This document shows positions 1-9,870 of a DNA stretch of 28,703 nucleotides, in pieces. A program made the translations under genes and the position numbers. The notes below the pieces were generated by a model, which made no database searches, had not been told where the DNA came from, and saw nothing but the letters and a program-made list of their open reading frames with translations. The stretch covers positions 1 through 28,703 of the forward strand of contig CAZOYL010000022.1 of assembly GCA_964584035.1 (NCBI GenBank). Reading direction: 5' to 3'. Positions within the stretch are counted from its first letter, which is position 1; each line of letters starts with the position of its first letter. The stretch comes from an uncultured Gemmatimonadota bacterium (GTDB taxonomy: Bacteria; SM23-81).

Positions 1-128
1 AACCTTGGGGCGTCTTTTTCCCCCTTGTAATATGCCGGACGGATGTGCCCGCAACTGCCCCTACCACCCCCATCAAGCCCAGCTCGAGAAATATGTTTGG
101 TGGTTAGCCGGCCCCGATGAGAAATGAT

Positions 129-1145
<1,017 letters not shown>

Positions 1146-1207
1146 GATGCATCACCCCGTTTCATAGCTGGTGGATGTGTCAGAGCGAGGATGCGGTCTT
1201 TTCGGCG

Positions 1208-1236
1208 TTGATATTATATCAGATGTGTCTCATTAT
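1208..1236 (+). promoter_or_regulatory. Candidate cassette promoter Pc
   Basis: TTGATA(1208-1213)-17 bp-CATTAT(1231-1236) on the + strand, pointing at the candidate attI. Confidence 0.5.
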
Positions 1237-1241
1237 GTCAA
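1213..1241 (-). promoter_or_regulatory. sigma70 promoter of intI (Pint)
   Basis: Exact TTGACA(1241-1236)-17 bp-TATAAT(1218-1213) on the - strand, ~70 bp upstream of the intI start. Confidence 0.85.
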
Positions 1242-1279
1242 GGGTTTTCTGTGCCGCTGTAGCCGATAATAAGTTAGCA
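1240..1279 (+). other. Candidate attI recombination site (crossover G/TT at 1273-1275)
   Basis: 'gccgataataaGTTAGCA' lies upstream of and divergent from intI, the usual attI position. AT-rich run before GTT. Core deviates from GTTRRRY. Confidence 0.55.
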
Positions 1280-1315
1280 ATTGGCTAGTGATTATCGGTT
1301 TTCATGAGGTGCGGG

Positions 1316-1343
1316 AAAGAAAAGGCTCTCGCGGCTGAGAGCC
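1316..1343 (-). terminator. Rho-independent terminator downstream of the aminopeptidase gene
   Basis: - strand GGCTCTC-agccgc-GAGAGCC followed by TTTTCTTT. Confidence 0.7.
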
Positions 1344-1393
1344 CTGTGGCGGGGTTGCGAGGAAAACGATCTTCTCTCATGGAAGGCAATGGC

Positions 1394-1433
1394 CCCAAGG
1401 AGCGGGGAAGCCGTCCCAAGGAGCGGGGAAGCC
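1394..1433. repeat. Tandem 19-bp direct repeat (21-bp period)
   Basis: cccaaggagcggggaagcc at 1394-1412 and 1415-1433. Confidence 0.85.
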
Positions 1434-1541
1434 CGGCGGAGATGCCGCCTGCGAGTGCGGTGGCGATTTCCTGTTGTGGAAGGTCGCGGCCGCACAAAGT
1501 GGGGTGGAGTAGCGGAGATGCCGCCGGCGAGAGGGCTGCGT

Positions 1542-3584
1542 TCACCTCAGGAGCAGCATTTTCCTGCTGCTGTGGCGTTCGCCGGCCGTCAAACGGCAGA
1601 GATAGATGCCCGAGCCTACCGCCTGCCCGGAGCCGTTGCGCCCGTCCCAGCGGACCGCATGGAGCCCCGGCCCCTGCCGGCCGTCTACCAGGGTGGTCAC
1701 TGTCTGGCCGGCGATGTTGGCGATCTCCAGCCGGACATCATCCTCCTGGGCCAGCCGGTAAGGGATGGTGGTCCCGGCGTTGAAGGGATTGGGATAGTTC
1801 TGGCGGAGAGCGAACCGGTTGGGGAGAGGTTCGGCCTCTTCGTCGACGCCGACCACCAATCCGGCCGTCTTCAGAATCCAGTCGTCGGGGTCCACCAGCA
1901 TGCCGGCCAGCGGCTCCGAGAAGTCATACTGGCCGTGGAATTCCCGCTCCGCCATCCAGACGGTGATGGTGCTGTCCTTCCCGCCGGCGAAGTAGAAGCG
2001 CAGCGGGATGGGCATCTCGAAGACCTCCCGCCAGCCATAGTCCGACTGCACCTGCCGGAGGGTCACCGAGGTCGAAAAGGAGGCCGGATCCTGGTGATAG
2101 CTGTATTCATAGGCCGGGTAGCGCTCATCGTAGACCCACTGGTCGAAAAAGAACTCCAGGTCCCGGCCGCTGACCGATTCGCAGACGGCCTGGAAGTCCT
2201 CGGTGGTGGCATGGCCGTAGCGCAGGGTGGGATCGGAAGCATACTCGGACAGGCACTGAAAGAAGGGCGCGTCACCCAGCACCCCGCGAAGCATGTGCAG
2301 CACCCAGGCGCCCTTGTCATAGATGATCGATATGAAAATATTGAATGGGTCGCTGTCGTCCTGAAGATAGAGGGTCCCGCCCTGAGTGTACTTCACCGAC
2401 CGGAGGTGGTTGAGGTAGGCCTGCTGCCCCCCCGTGTGCTCCTCCCACAGGGCCTCGCAGTAGGTGGCGAAGCCCTCGTTGAGCCAGCCGTGGTGCCAGC
2501 TCTGGCAGGTGATCAGGTCGCCGAACCACTGGTGAGAGAGTTCGTGCACCGCCACCCAGAGCCAGTCCGGCGACATCTGCCCGATGATGGTGTTGGTCTG
2601 GTTCTCGATGCCGCCGTAAAATCCTAACTGGGTCATGCCGTAACGTTCTTCGGCGAAGGGATAGGCGCCGAAATATTCGCTGAACAGGGTCATCGCCTCG
2701 GGCAGCTGGGCCACGCCGGCCTGGGAGTCCTCGAAGTGCTCGTCGAAGACATGGTAGATCAGGGGAAAGCTTTCATCCTGGGGACCGGTGTAGATTTCCT
2801 GGAAGACGCGGTAGTTGGATATGGCCACCATGACGTAGTAGGGCACGATGGGATAGCGGTGCCGCCAGTGATAGGTGTTCTTCTCGCCGCCGTGGGTGAT
2901 GCAGGAAATATCGCCGTTGGACACGGCCGCCAGGGGATAGCCGGCCATGGTGGTGTCGGGGATGGTGATGTCCAGCCAGACCGAATCGGCCTTGTCGCCC
3001 GGGCCGTCCTTGCAGGGCCACCAGTAATGGGCTAAAAACGGGGTGGACAGGGAGGCGATGATCCGCTCGTTGGCGCCGTGTATGCCGTACCTGAGGCCCT
3101 TGTAACCTCCGGCCAGCGCGGGAACACCCCCATAGTGCACCGCCACCTCGGCCGGCTGGCCGGCCCCGTAGGCCCGGTCCAGGGCGATGCGGACGGTGTC
3201 GCCGGCCTGCTGGTAGCTGCCGGCATTCCCGGTGACGCTGTCCACCGCCAGCGCGTGGTGAAGGTCCAGGGTGATGTGCCTCAGGCTGTCCACGGCGGAC
3301 TCGAAGCGGCACAGCACGCGGCCCTGGATATAGGGGTTGACCGCGGCGATGTCGACGTCCAGATGGTAGAAAGTGACGTCGAAATCGCTCCTCACGGCGC
3401 CGTCGGGAAAACGGCGGATGTATTCCCGCCAGTCGTCCTGTTCGGCCGTGAGAAAGGCCCGGCGGACCGCTCCCGGATCGGCGGCGGAGATGACATTCGG
3501 CAGGATGATCATGGTCGCTGCGAGCAGCAGAGCCCGCCGGCGACAGATCCTATCGAAGTGCATATCGTCCATATCCAATTTCAA
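1542..3584 (-). CDS. Secreted M1-family zinc aminopeptidase with C-terminal FlgD-Ig/secretion-tail domain
   Basis: GGIEN (GXMEN-like), HELSH and NEGFATY zinc motifs, YDKG. N-terminal signal-like stretch. C-terminal 'QNYPNPFN...WDGRN..G..SGIYL'. Exact start uncertain (3584/3572/3563). Confidence 0.9.
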   Translation of the reverse strand: MKLDMDDMHFDRICRRRALLLAATMIILPNVISAADPGAVRRAFLTAEQDDWREYIRRFPDGAVRSDFDVTFYHLDVDIAAVNPYIQGRVLCRFESAVDSLRHITLDLHHALAVDSVTGNAGSYQQAGDTVRIALDRAYGAGQPAEVAVHYGGVPALAGGYKGLRYGIHGANERIIASLSTPFLAHYWWPCKDGPGDKADSVWLDITIPDTTMAGYPLAAVSNGDISCITHGGEKNTYHWRHRYPIVPYYVMVAISNYRVFQEIYTGPQDESFPLIYHVFDEHFEDSQAGVAQLPEAMTLFSEYFGAYPFAEERYGMTQLGFYGGIENQTNTIIGQMSPDWLWVAVHELSHQWFGDLITCQSWHHGWLNEGFATYCEALWEEHTGGQQAYLNHLRSVKYTQGGTLYLQDDSDPFNIFISIIYDKGAWVLHMLRGVLGDAPFFQCLSEYASDPTLRYGHATTEDFQAVCESVSGRDLEFFFDQWVYDERYPAYEYSYHQDPASFSTSVTLRQVQSDYGWREVFEMPIPLRFYFAGGKDSTITVWMAEREFHGQYDFSEPLAGMLVDPDDWILKTAGLVVGVDEEAEPLPNRFALRQNYPNPFNAGTTIPYRLAQEDDVRLEIANIAGQTVTTLVDGRQGPGLHAVRWDGRNGSGQAVGSGIYLCRLTAGERHSSRKMLLLR

Positions 3585-3781
3585 ATTGGTACATCCCCCG
3601 GGGTATTTCGAAAGGAGTTTATCGTGCAGGGCGCGGCATGCATCTGCCTGCTGCCGCCCGGCATCAGCACCACCCCGGGCGCGGAGATCCTGCCGCTGCG
3701 TTATCTTCTATTGATCATAGCTCTTTGCCCGGACCCGGTGTGCCGGTCCTCACTGCCCGTCGCTTCCTGCCTGTGGCCCGG

Positions 3782-4126
3782 TTACTCCATCAGCTCGGTA
3801 TACTTGATGGCCTTTCCCTTGACCTTGTGGACCGGATATTTCACGGCGTTGCGGGCCAGCTTGTCCCGGGCCGCCTCGACCGGGTCGATGTGCAGCTTGT
3901 CGGCCAGGTTCAGCAGGTACAGGACCACGTCCCCGATCTCCTCGCGGATCTTGTGATGGGTCTCTTCGTCCGGAGAACAACTCTGTTCCGGCGTCAGCCA
4001 CTGGAAGTGCTCGACCAGCTCGCCGGCCTCCACCACCAGGGCCATGGCCAGATTCTTGGGAGTATGATACTGCTCCCAGTCGCGTTCCCGGTTGAATTCC
4101 TGCAGCTGCCGGATCAGATCGTCCAT
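3782..4126 (-). CDS. MazG-like nucleotide pyrophosphohydrolase (dCTP pyrophosphatase-like)
   Basis: 'ERDWEQYHTPKNLAMALVVEAGELVEHFQW...EEIGDV..YL...KYP'. ATG at 4126 with GAGG RBS. Confidence 0.9.
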   Translation of the reverse strand: MDDLIRQLQEFNRERDWEQYHTPKNLAMALVVEAGELVEHFQWLTPEQSCSPDEETHHKIREEIGDVVLYLLNLADKLHIDPVEAARDKLARNAVKYPVHKVKGKAIKYTELME

Positions 4127-4215
4127 GACATCCTCTTGTGTTGAAAGTGTATTGGCCAGAGGGTTTCCTCTCATAAATACCACCGTTGGGGAGGGCAGTC
4201 AAGGATATTTTTCCT

Positions 4216-4242
4216 AAAAAAAACCCCCGTTGCCGGGGGCTT
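4216..4242 (-). terminator. Rho-independent terminator downstream of the VOC gene
   Basis: GCCCCCG-GCAA-CGGGGGT followed by a T run on the - strand. Confidence 0.85.
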
Positions 4243-4270
4243 CAATCGAGTTTCATTTTTGACCTGCGGC

Positions 4271-4663
4271 CTACATCTCGACATACGAGATGGGGCACAG
4301 GACCGCCCCCTGGGGGTCCTGGATGACGCAGAAGCGTCCCACCTTGGGAATATCCCGGGGCGGCACCAGCACCTTTCCACCCAGCTCCAGGGTCTTCTTG
4401 GCCGTGGCATCGACGTCGTCCACGGTGATGTAGATGCTCCACATCGGCGGCGTGCCCTGAGCCTCCGGCGGCGTGGTCATCAGGCCGGCGACGCTCTCGG
4501 ACTGGCCCTTGACCTTGATCACCGAATAGGTCCCGGGCCCCAGGGGCATGTCCTCGATCGACCAGTCGAACAGCTTGGTGTAGAATTCTTTGGCCGCCGC
4601 CGCATCGGTCGTCATCAGCTCGAACCAGCTGAACGCGCCGTGGGCCTTATATTTATCCTCCAT
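4271..4663 (-). CDS. VOC/glyoxalase-bleomycin resistance family protein
   Basis: 'FSWFELMTTDAAAAKEFY..LFDW', 'W..YITVDDVD', 'GRFCVIQDPQGA'. ATG at 4663 after AAGGAGG. Confidence 0.9.
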   Translation of the reverse strand: MEDKYKAHGAFSWFELMTTDAAAAKEFYTKLFDWSIEDMPLGPGTYSVIKVKGQSESVAGLMTTPPEAQGTPPMWSIYITVDDVDATAKKTLELGGKVLVPPRDIPKVGRFCVIQDPQGAVLCPISYVEM

Positions 4664-4769
4664 GGTCTCCTCCTTTCCTTTGAAGTCGATAGAAACGGTA
4701 GACAATCGTCATGATAGCGGAACGCGGGGCCGAAGTCAAGCACATTTTTCCCCGGCGTCTCGCCGGCGT

Positions 4770-6359
4770 CTACCGGATAGGGTCGGCCGCCTGCTGCTGC
4801 CAGTCCAGCCAGTTATCGTGCACCTCACGGCGCCGGGCCGGCGAGGCCGTGCCGACATCGTCATAGAAGGAATACTCCTGCCGGCCTCTCTGCTCCAGAG
4901 ACAGGCCGTCGATCTGCTCGGCGTACCCGGCCAGCGCCGTGGCCGCCTGGTGATAGATCCGGCCCCAGCCGGTATCGTCGTAGCGCGGAGAGACGGTGGT
5001 GTCCAGGACGGCCGCGATCACGGCCGGGACCATGGCCGCCGCCGGATGCCGGCTGAACAGCTCCAGGGCCGTTTGCTTTTCTTCCGCCGTGCCCGAACGC
5101 AGTTGCGCTTCCCAGGCCTGGAGCCGGCCATCGGGCGTCGTGAGAGATTCCGCCGCCGCCGGATCGGCCGGGAAGAACAGCTCCAGGGCGTCGTCGATAT
5201 GGGCCCGCCACAGGCCCCAGCTGTGCCCCTCGGGGTACTCTCCGTACCGGAAGCGATACCCCTGTTCCTCCAGAACGGGGATGAAACCGCGCACCATCGG
5301 GATGATGCCGGGGATGTCGTAGGTGCCCAGGTCCAGCGACAGGGTCAGGTCCAGCTTGGGACCGTTCTTGAAAAGGTCGAAGATGTCGCCCTTGATGGTG
5401 GTGGATTGAGCGCCGACGTTGCCGAATACCTCCGGGTGACTGACCCCCAGCCACAGAGCGATATCGCCGCCGTTGGAGGCGCCCATGACGGCCCGCCGGG
5501 TGGGGCGCGGGTCGGTACGGTAGTGCTCGTCCACCCAGGGGATCAGCTCCTCGACGATGAACCGGGTGAAGGCCTTTCTCCGGCCGCCGACGTACTCGCC
5601 GCGGCGGTCGATGGGCGGAACGAAGACGGCCAGGGTCGGATCGATCCGGCCGTGGTGGATGAGATAGTCCAGGATGCGGTCGGCATGGGCCAGGGAGACG
5701 TACTCCAGGCCGTCGTGGAACAGGATCAGGGGATAGCGGTGCTCGACGGCACCAGCGCCATCGACGGCAGCGGCCGTATCAGCGGCATCGGCAGCGGCAT
5801 ATCCGGGCGGCAGATAGATCTGGATCGTCCGGCGGTTTTCCAGGTGGGTGCTGTGAAAGGAGATCTCCTGCAGGGTGCCGCGGGCGACATTCGGATATAC
5901 TTCAATTTCCGGCGGAGGCCGGTAGCCCGGCATGCGCAGCTCCGAGTTGGGCCCGAAGCCGCCGGTGCAGGTCAAGGGGTTGTTCGGGTCCAGGATCCAG
6001 CGGGAGCCGTCCACGACGAACTTGTAGTCCAGGCGGGCGTCCGGCTCGAAGGTCCGGGAATCGTGCCACAGGTCGGTCCCGTCCAGACGGACCATGGGCC
6101 CGGCCGCCTTGTCCCAGGAGTTGAAATCGCCCGGGACGTTGACACTGACAGCATCGCCCCGATAGAGAAAATGGACCAGGGTATCTCCCTCGATCAGGGG
6201 CGTGGCCGTGATCCCGGCGATGAAGCTGTCGGCCAGGGCCTGGCGGCTCGCCACCGGCGCGGCCGCAATCTGCTCGAGGAGATCATCGAAGGTTCGGGCC
6301 TGCAGGCCGGTGCCGGGGATCATCAGAAGCAGCAAAACGGAGAGCACCTTGAACAGCAT
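4770..6359 (-). CDS. Secreted alpha/beta-hydrolase esterase (Fes/enterochelin-esterase-like) with N-terminal CBM48-like domain and C-terminal extension
   Basis: Signal peptide MLFKVLSVLLLL. 'VPGDFNSW...YKFVVDG.WILDP' domain. Nucleophile GASNGG. 'EGHSW' catalytic His. ATG at 6359 with AAAGGAG RBS. Confidence 0.85.
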   Translation of the reverse strand: MLFKVLSVLLLLMIPGTGLQARTFDDLLEQIAAAPVASRQALADSFIAGITATPLIEGDTLVHFLYRGDAVSVNVPGDFNSWDKAAGPMVRLDGTDLWHDSRTFEPDARLDYKFVVDGSRWILDPNNPLTCTGGFGPNSELRMPGYRPPPEIEVYPNVARGTLQEISFHSTHLENRRTIQIYLPPGYAAADAADTAAAVDGAGAVEHRYPLILFHDGLEYVSLAHADRILDYLIHHGRIDPTLAVFVPPIDRRGEYVGGRRKAFTRFIVEELIPWVDEHYRTDPRPTRRAVMGASNGGDIALWLGVSHPEVFGNVGAQSTTIKGDIFDLFKNGPKLDLTLSLDLGTYDIPGIIPMVRGFIPVLEEQGYRFRYGEYPEGHSWGLWRAHIDDALELFFPADPAAAESLTTPDGRLQAWEAQLRSGTAEEKQTALELFSRHPAAAMVPAVIAAVLDTTVSPRYDDTGWGRIYHQAATALAGYAEQIDGLSLEQRGRQEYSFYDDVGTASPARRREVHDNWLDWQQQAADPIR

Positions 6360-6402
6360 GATCACGGCTCCTTTGTGCCGGTGATGAGATCTGGCCCGGC
6401 CC

Positions 6403-7050
6403 TCAGGGCAGGTGCAGGCGGCAGGTCTGGCTGTCGGGGTCATGGATGCCCAGCGCCTGGAAGAGATACAGGGCAAACGCCCGGTGGCCGTAGGCATTGG
6501 GGTGGCAGTCGTTGCTCATCCAGAAGAACCACCGATCGGAATGCCGCTCCCAGAAGGCGGTGTGATCGATCAGCGGCCGGTCCGTATCGGCGGCCACGCG
6601 GCGGAGAATGTTCATGTAGTCGTTCAACCGCAACGCCAGCCGGGGAGCCCGGCCGGGCAGGATGGGACAGGTGGTCTGAAGGACCGGGAGGGCCGCCAGG
6701 CGGTCGATCTTCCCGACCAGCTCCCTGAGGTTCGATTCGAAAGCTTGCTCATCGACACCGTTGAGCTTGTTGCAATCGTTCATCCCGATCATGATAAAGA
6801 CGGCCTGGGGCTTGAACTGGGCCACCCGCAGGTCGAAGGTCTCCAATAATTCTCTGGTGGTGTTTCCGCTGACGGCCGTGTTGATGACCGCGTCCAGGGT
6901 CCGGCCCAGCTCGAAGCGGACCCTTTCGGCGAACAGCCCGACGTAATCCCGCCGGCCGAAGGTGTGCAGCGCCCCATGGGTGATGCTGTCGCCGTAGAAC
7001 AGCCACTTGACCGGCTGATCGGATTCCAGCAGCTTCTTCACTCTGTCCAT
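6403..7050 (-). CDS. SGNH/GDSL hydrolase
   Basis: Blocks GDSIT, SG, GMND and DCHP (DxxH-like). ATG at 7050 after AAGGAG. Confidence 0.9.
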   Translation of the reverse strand: MDRVKKLLESDQPVKWLFYGDSITHGALHTFGRRDYVGLFAERVRFELGRTLDAVINTAVSGNTTRELLETFDLRVAQFKPQAVFIMIGMNDCNKLNGVDEQAFESNLRELVGKIDRLAALPVLQTTCPILPGRAPRLALRLNDYMNILRRVAADTDRPLIDHTAFWERHSDRWFFWMSNDCHPNAYGHRAFALYLFQALGIHDPDSQTCRLHLP

Positions 7051-7063
7051 GCAGGACTCCTTC

Positions 7064-7140
7064 TCCCGGATCCGAGATCCTGATCCTGGCACGCGTGATC
7101 CCGGGTCCCTGATCCTCGGTCGTTGGTCCTCGATCCGTAT
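7064..7140. repeat. Degenerate 7-bp periodic repeat tract
   Basis: tcccgga tccgaga ... tcccggg tccctga tcctcgg tcgttgg tcctcga tccgtat. Confidence 0.6.
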
Positions 7141-7250
7141 CTATCCATCCCTTACCGCCGACCCTCACGGTCATCTATGGATCTTTTCTCCATTGGCAGC
7201 AAGCTCCTTTGAGAGATGACCTCCTGCGGTCGAATGTCATCTGAGAAAAA

Positions 7251-7943
7251 CTACATCTCGAAGCGCTCCAGGAGGCACAGGTCCTCATCCACTCGCATGC
7301 GCCGGACCGCGAATCCGAAGCGGTCCAGGTCCAGGCACAGCTCCACATCCCTCTCCGGGCAGGTCCTCTCGGTGGGATGCAGAAACCGCCGCGAACAGTC
7401 CGCATGGATGATGCGCTCGCGGATGTTCTCAAAATCCGGACGGCGGCCGGCGATCAGGCCGCGGAGATACTCGGCGCACAGGGTATCCTCGAGCGTCTCG
7501 CGGGTCCCCTCGAAGCCGGCACAGACCAGGGAGACCGTTTCCGGCGCGGCGGCCTCGATATACCGGACGATGGCCCCGGCGTTGACGAAGCTGCCGGTGA
7601 TGACCTCATCGGCCCGATGGGCGGCCACCAGCGCCCGTGTCCCCGCGTGGGTGGTGTGGATGACGATCCGGCCGGACAGGTCGACGTGCTCGATCTCCGC
7701 CGGCGAATTGCCGTAATCGAAGCCGGGGATCTTGATGGCGTGCCGCTCCCCGACCAGCACGCTGCCGGGATGTTCCTGCCGAAGCGCAAAGGCCCGCTCG
7801 ACATCTCTGACGGCCATGATCCTGGCCGCCCCCCGGTCGAACAGGTAACAGGCCAGCGAGAAAGCCCGGAACACGTCGATGACCACGGCCAGGCCGCGGG
7901 CTTCTTCAGCGCCGGATGAAAATTGGAGAATTTGGACATTCAT
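7251..7943 (-). CDS. comB: 2-phosphosulfolactate phosphatase (ComB family)
   Basis: 'VVIDVFRAFS', 'GER...IPGFDYGNSP', 'TTHAGT', 'EDTLCA'. Confidence 0.88.
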   Translation of the reverse strand: MNVQILQFSSGAEEARGLAVVIDVFRAFSLACYLFDRGAARIMAVRDVERAFALRQEHPGSVLVGERHAIKIPGFDYGNSPAEIEHVDLSGRIVIHTTHAGTRALVAAHRADEVITGSFVNAGAIVRYIEAAAPETVSLVCAGFEGTRETLEDTLCAEYLRGLIAGRRPDFENIRERIIHADCSRRFLHPTERTCPERDVELCLDLDRFGFAVRRMRVDEDLCLLERFEM

Positions 7944-7994
7944 ACCGTGAAAAGTTGTAGCATTGTTCCGGAGCCGCCTTAAGGGAGGTTGTCT

Positions 7995-9233
7995 TTAGAG
8001 CTCCGCACCGCTATCGCAGAGATCATCTTCTTTTGATGAGATCGGACGCAGCTGATCCAGGATCTGCTCGATGGCCTCTTGCTCCTCCGATTCCGGATCC
8101 AGCTCCAGGTATCGTTTCAGATGCCGGTAGGCGCTGATGTCGTCGCCCTGCTCGTAGTAGAAATAGCCGAGGTGCAGGTGGGCCATGGCATCCTCCGGCT
8201 TCAGGCCGATGATCTTGCGGTAGATGGTCTCCACCCGTTTCGGATCCCGCTCCCCGGCCGACGAGAAGGTGGCCAGGTTATGGAGGATGTGAACGTTCTC
8301 GGGAAGTTTCACAGCCGCCTCCTCGAGCCCCTGATAGGCGGCCCGGAACAGCTCCTCGTGGCCCCGATGATGAATCAGGGCGGCGATGAAGGCGTCGGCG
8401 GCGGCCTCAGGGTGGCCCATCTCCAGGAGCAGGGAGCCCATGCGGTGATGCGCCCGGGCGTCATTGGGCGCCAGCAGGATCAGCTCCGTCAGCACGCCCA
8501 GCTCCGCCTGGCGGTCGCCCTCCCGGATCCGCTGCTGGGCCTCGCGGCGCAGCTCGGCGATTTTCTGTTCGATGTTCCGCAGCACGCTCTGAGCCTGAGC
8601 CAGCGAGTCCTGCGGGACCATGATCTTGAAAGGCTGGCCGTGGCAGGCATCCTGCTTGATGGCCGAGAGGCAGAAGAACCGCGAGTTGGTGATCAGCGCG
8701 GGGATGCTCTCCCGGGACAACAGCTGCCAGACGCTCATGATGCGGTCGGCCGAAGCCGATTCCATGAGGATATCCCATTCGGAGATGTTGAAGGTCCCGG
8801 CGACCTTTGCGCTCCAGTCCTGAAGATCCAGGAAGGACCTGAGGACATCGCCCCGTCCCTGGGAGGCTCTGATGGTGAAGGAGAAGCGGTATTCGCCCCG
8901 GTCGGAATAGTGGCCCGTCCAGGTGTTGAAGCCCGGCTGGAAGATGAGCGTTTCGCCGACACAATTGGTAAAGCTGAGGATGTCGAAAGGGCCGTACGAA
9001 CCATTGCAGGTCTCCAGGGCCTGCTCGATGGTGCCGGCCTTTTGGTCCTGCTCGGAGATCCTGATCACCACCCGGTTTTTGAATTCCGAGAGCCGAATGC
9101 CTCTGCGGCTCAGCTCAGCCCCGGCGCCCAGGTGGAATTGGGCCGTGTACTGGTCCTTATCGACGCTCAGGGCGGCCACCAGCTCCGTGTCGGTCAATAG
9201 GCGGCATTGTTTGTCGAACGTGTCCGCGGACAT
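7995..9233 (-). CDS. Tetratricopeptide-repeat protein with uncharacterised N-terminal region
   Basis: C-terminal TPR-like helices ('PNDARAHHRMGSLL', 'PEDAMAHLHLGYFYY..G...A..HLKRYLELDP'). GGGAGG RBS. Confidence 0.75.
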   Translation of the reverse strand: MSADTFDKQCRLLTDTELVAALSVDKDQYTAQFHLGAGAELSRRGIRLSEFKNRVVIRISEQDQKAGTIEQALETCNGSYGPFDILSFTNCVGETLIFQPGFNTWTGHYSDRGEYRFSFTIRASQGRGDVLRSFLDLQDWSAKVAGTFNISEWDILMESASADRIMSVWQLLSRESIPALITNSRFFCLSAIKQDACHGQPFKIMVPQDSLAQAQSVLRNIEQKIAELRREAQQRIREGDRQAELGVLTELILLAPNDARAHHRMGSLLLEMGHPEAAADAFIAALIHHRGHEELFRAAYQGLEEAAVKLPENVHILHNLATFSSAGERDPKRVETIYRKIIGLKPEDAMAHLHLGYFYYEQGDDISAYRHLKRYLELDPESEEQEAIEQILDQLRPISSKEDDLCDSGAEL

Positions 9234-9330
9234 CGCGAAAGCGGCCTCCCTTTCAGATTCTGGTGATCAGCTTCCTCAACTGATCGATGCGCTCCGAGGT
9301 GTCTGAGCTGATACCGTTCCGTCGCCGGAT

Positions 9331-9768
9331 CTACCGTAGATGTTTTTCCAGGAACAGGGCCTCGTCCGCGAATCCCCGTCTTCTGTAGAATTGGATGGCG
9401 GCGGCGTTGTCCGGCAGGGTGCTGACCGAGATCTCGCCGCACCCGAGAGCGATGGCGCGGCGCGTGAGATCGTCCACCAGCGCCCGGCCGACCCCGGTTC
9501 CCCGGGCCTCCCGGCGGACGATGAGCTCCTCGATCAGGCAGGAGTCGGCGGCATGATAGAGATTGGGCCGGATCGAGTAGCTGATCAGCCCGAGGGTCTC
9601 CCCGTCCTGTTCGGCCAGCAGCACGCCGTTGCCGGGGACGGTCAGGTAGTCGATCGCATAGGCCTCGGTGACGGGGGTCTCTTCTCCCTCTCCCTCGGCC
9701 AGCTCGCGGATCAGGTCGGCGATGGCGGCGGCGTCCTCAGGCCTGGCCGATCGGATGGTTACGGACAT
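9331..9768 (-). CDS. GNAT family N-acetyltransferase
   Basis: Motif A 'LIVRREARGTGVGRAL' and 'NAAAIQFYRRRGF'. Confidence 0.92.
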   Translation of the reverse strand: MSVTIRSARPEDAAAIADLIRELAEGEGEETPVTEAYAIDYLTVPGNGVLLAEQDGETLGLISYSIRPNLYHAADSCLIEELIVRREARGTGVGRALVDDLTRRAIALGCGEISVSTLPDNAAAIQFYRRRGFADEALFLEKHLR

Positions 9769-9870
9769 GTCCCTCCCTGTTTCTGTGATTACGGATCGGC
9801 ATCGCCATCGTTCGTGTCGATGACGGCTGCCAACCGCTCAATGATATCGTCTCCGGAAGGAAAAGTCAAG

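Noticed and set aside
1..128. attI or attC downstream of intI (GTTAGCC near 103)
   Set aside because: No paired inverse core or attC-like hairpin is visible. The region is truncated by the window edge, so a downstream array cannot be excluded.
1389..6728. Long + strand ORFs (412, 292 and 712 aa)
   Set aside because: Antisense shadows of well-supported - strand genes.
7204..7250. Hairpin AGATGAC…GTCATCT after comB as a riboswitch
   Set aside because: A single 7-bp stem with no recognisable aptamer consensus. More likely a 3' stem-loop.
7251..7943. Coenzyme M biosynthesis pathway
   Set aside because: comB is alone (no comA, C, D or E), and orphan ComB-family phosphatases are common in bacteria.
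1542..9768. Genes next to intI as integron cassettes
   Set aside because: They point toward attI (wrong orientation), several have their own terminators, and I found no attC-like RYYYAAC…GTTRRRY palindromes between them.
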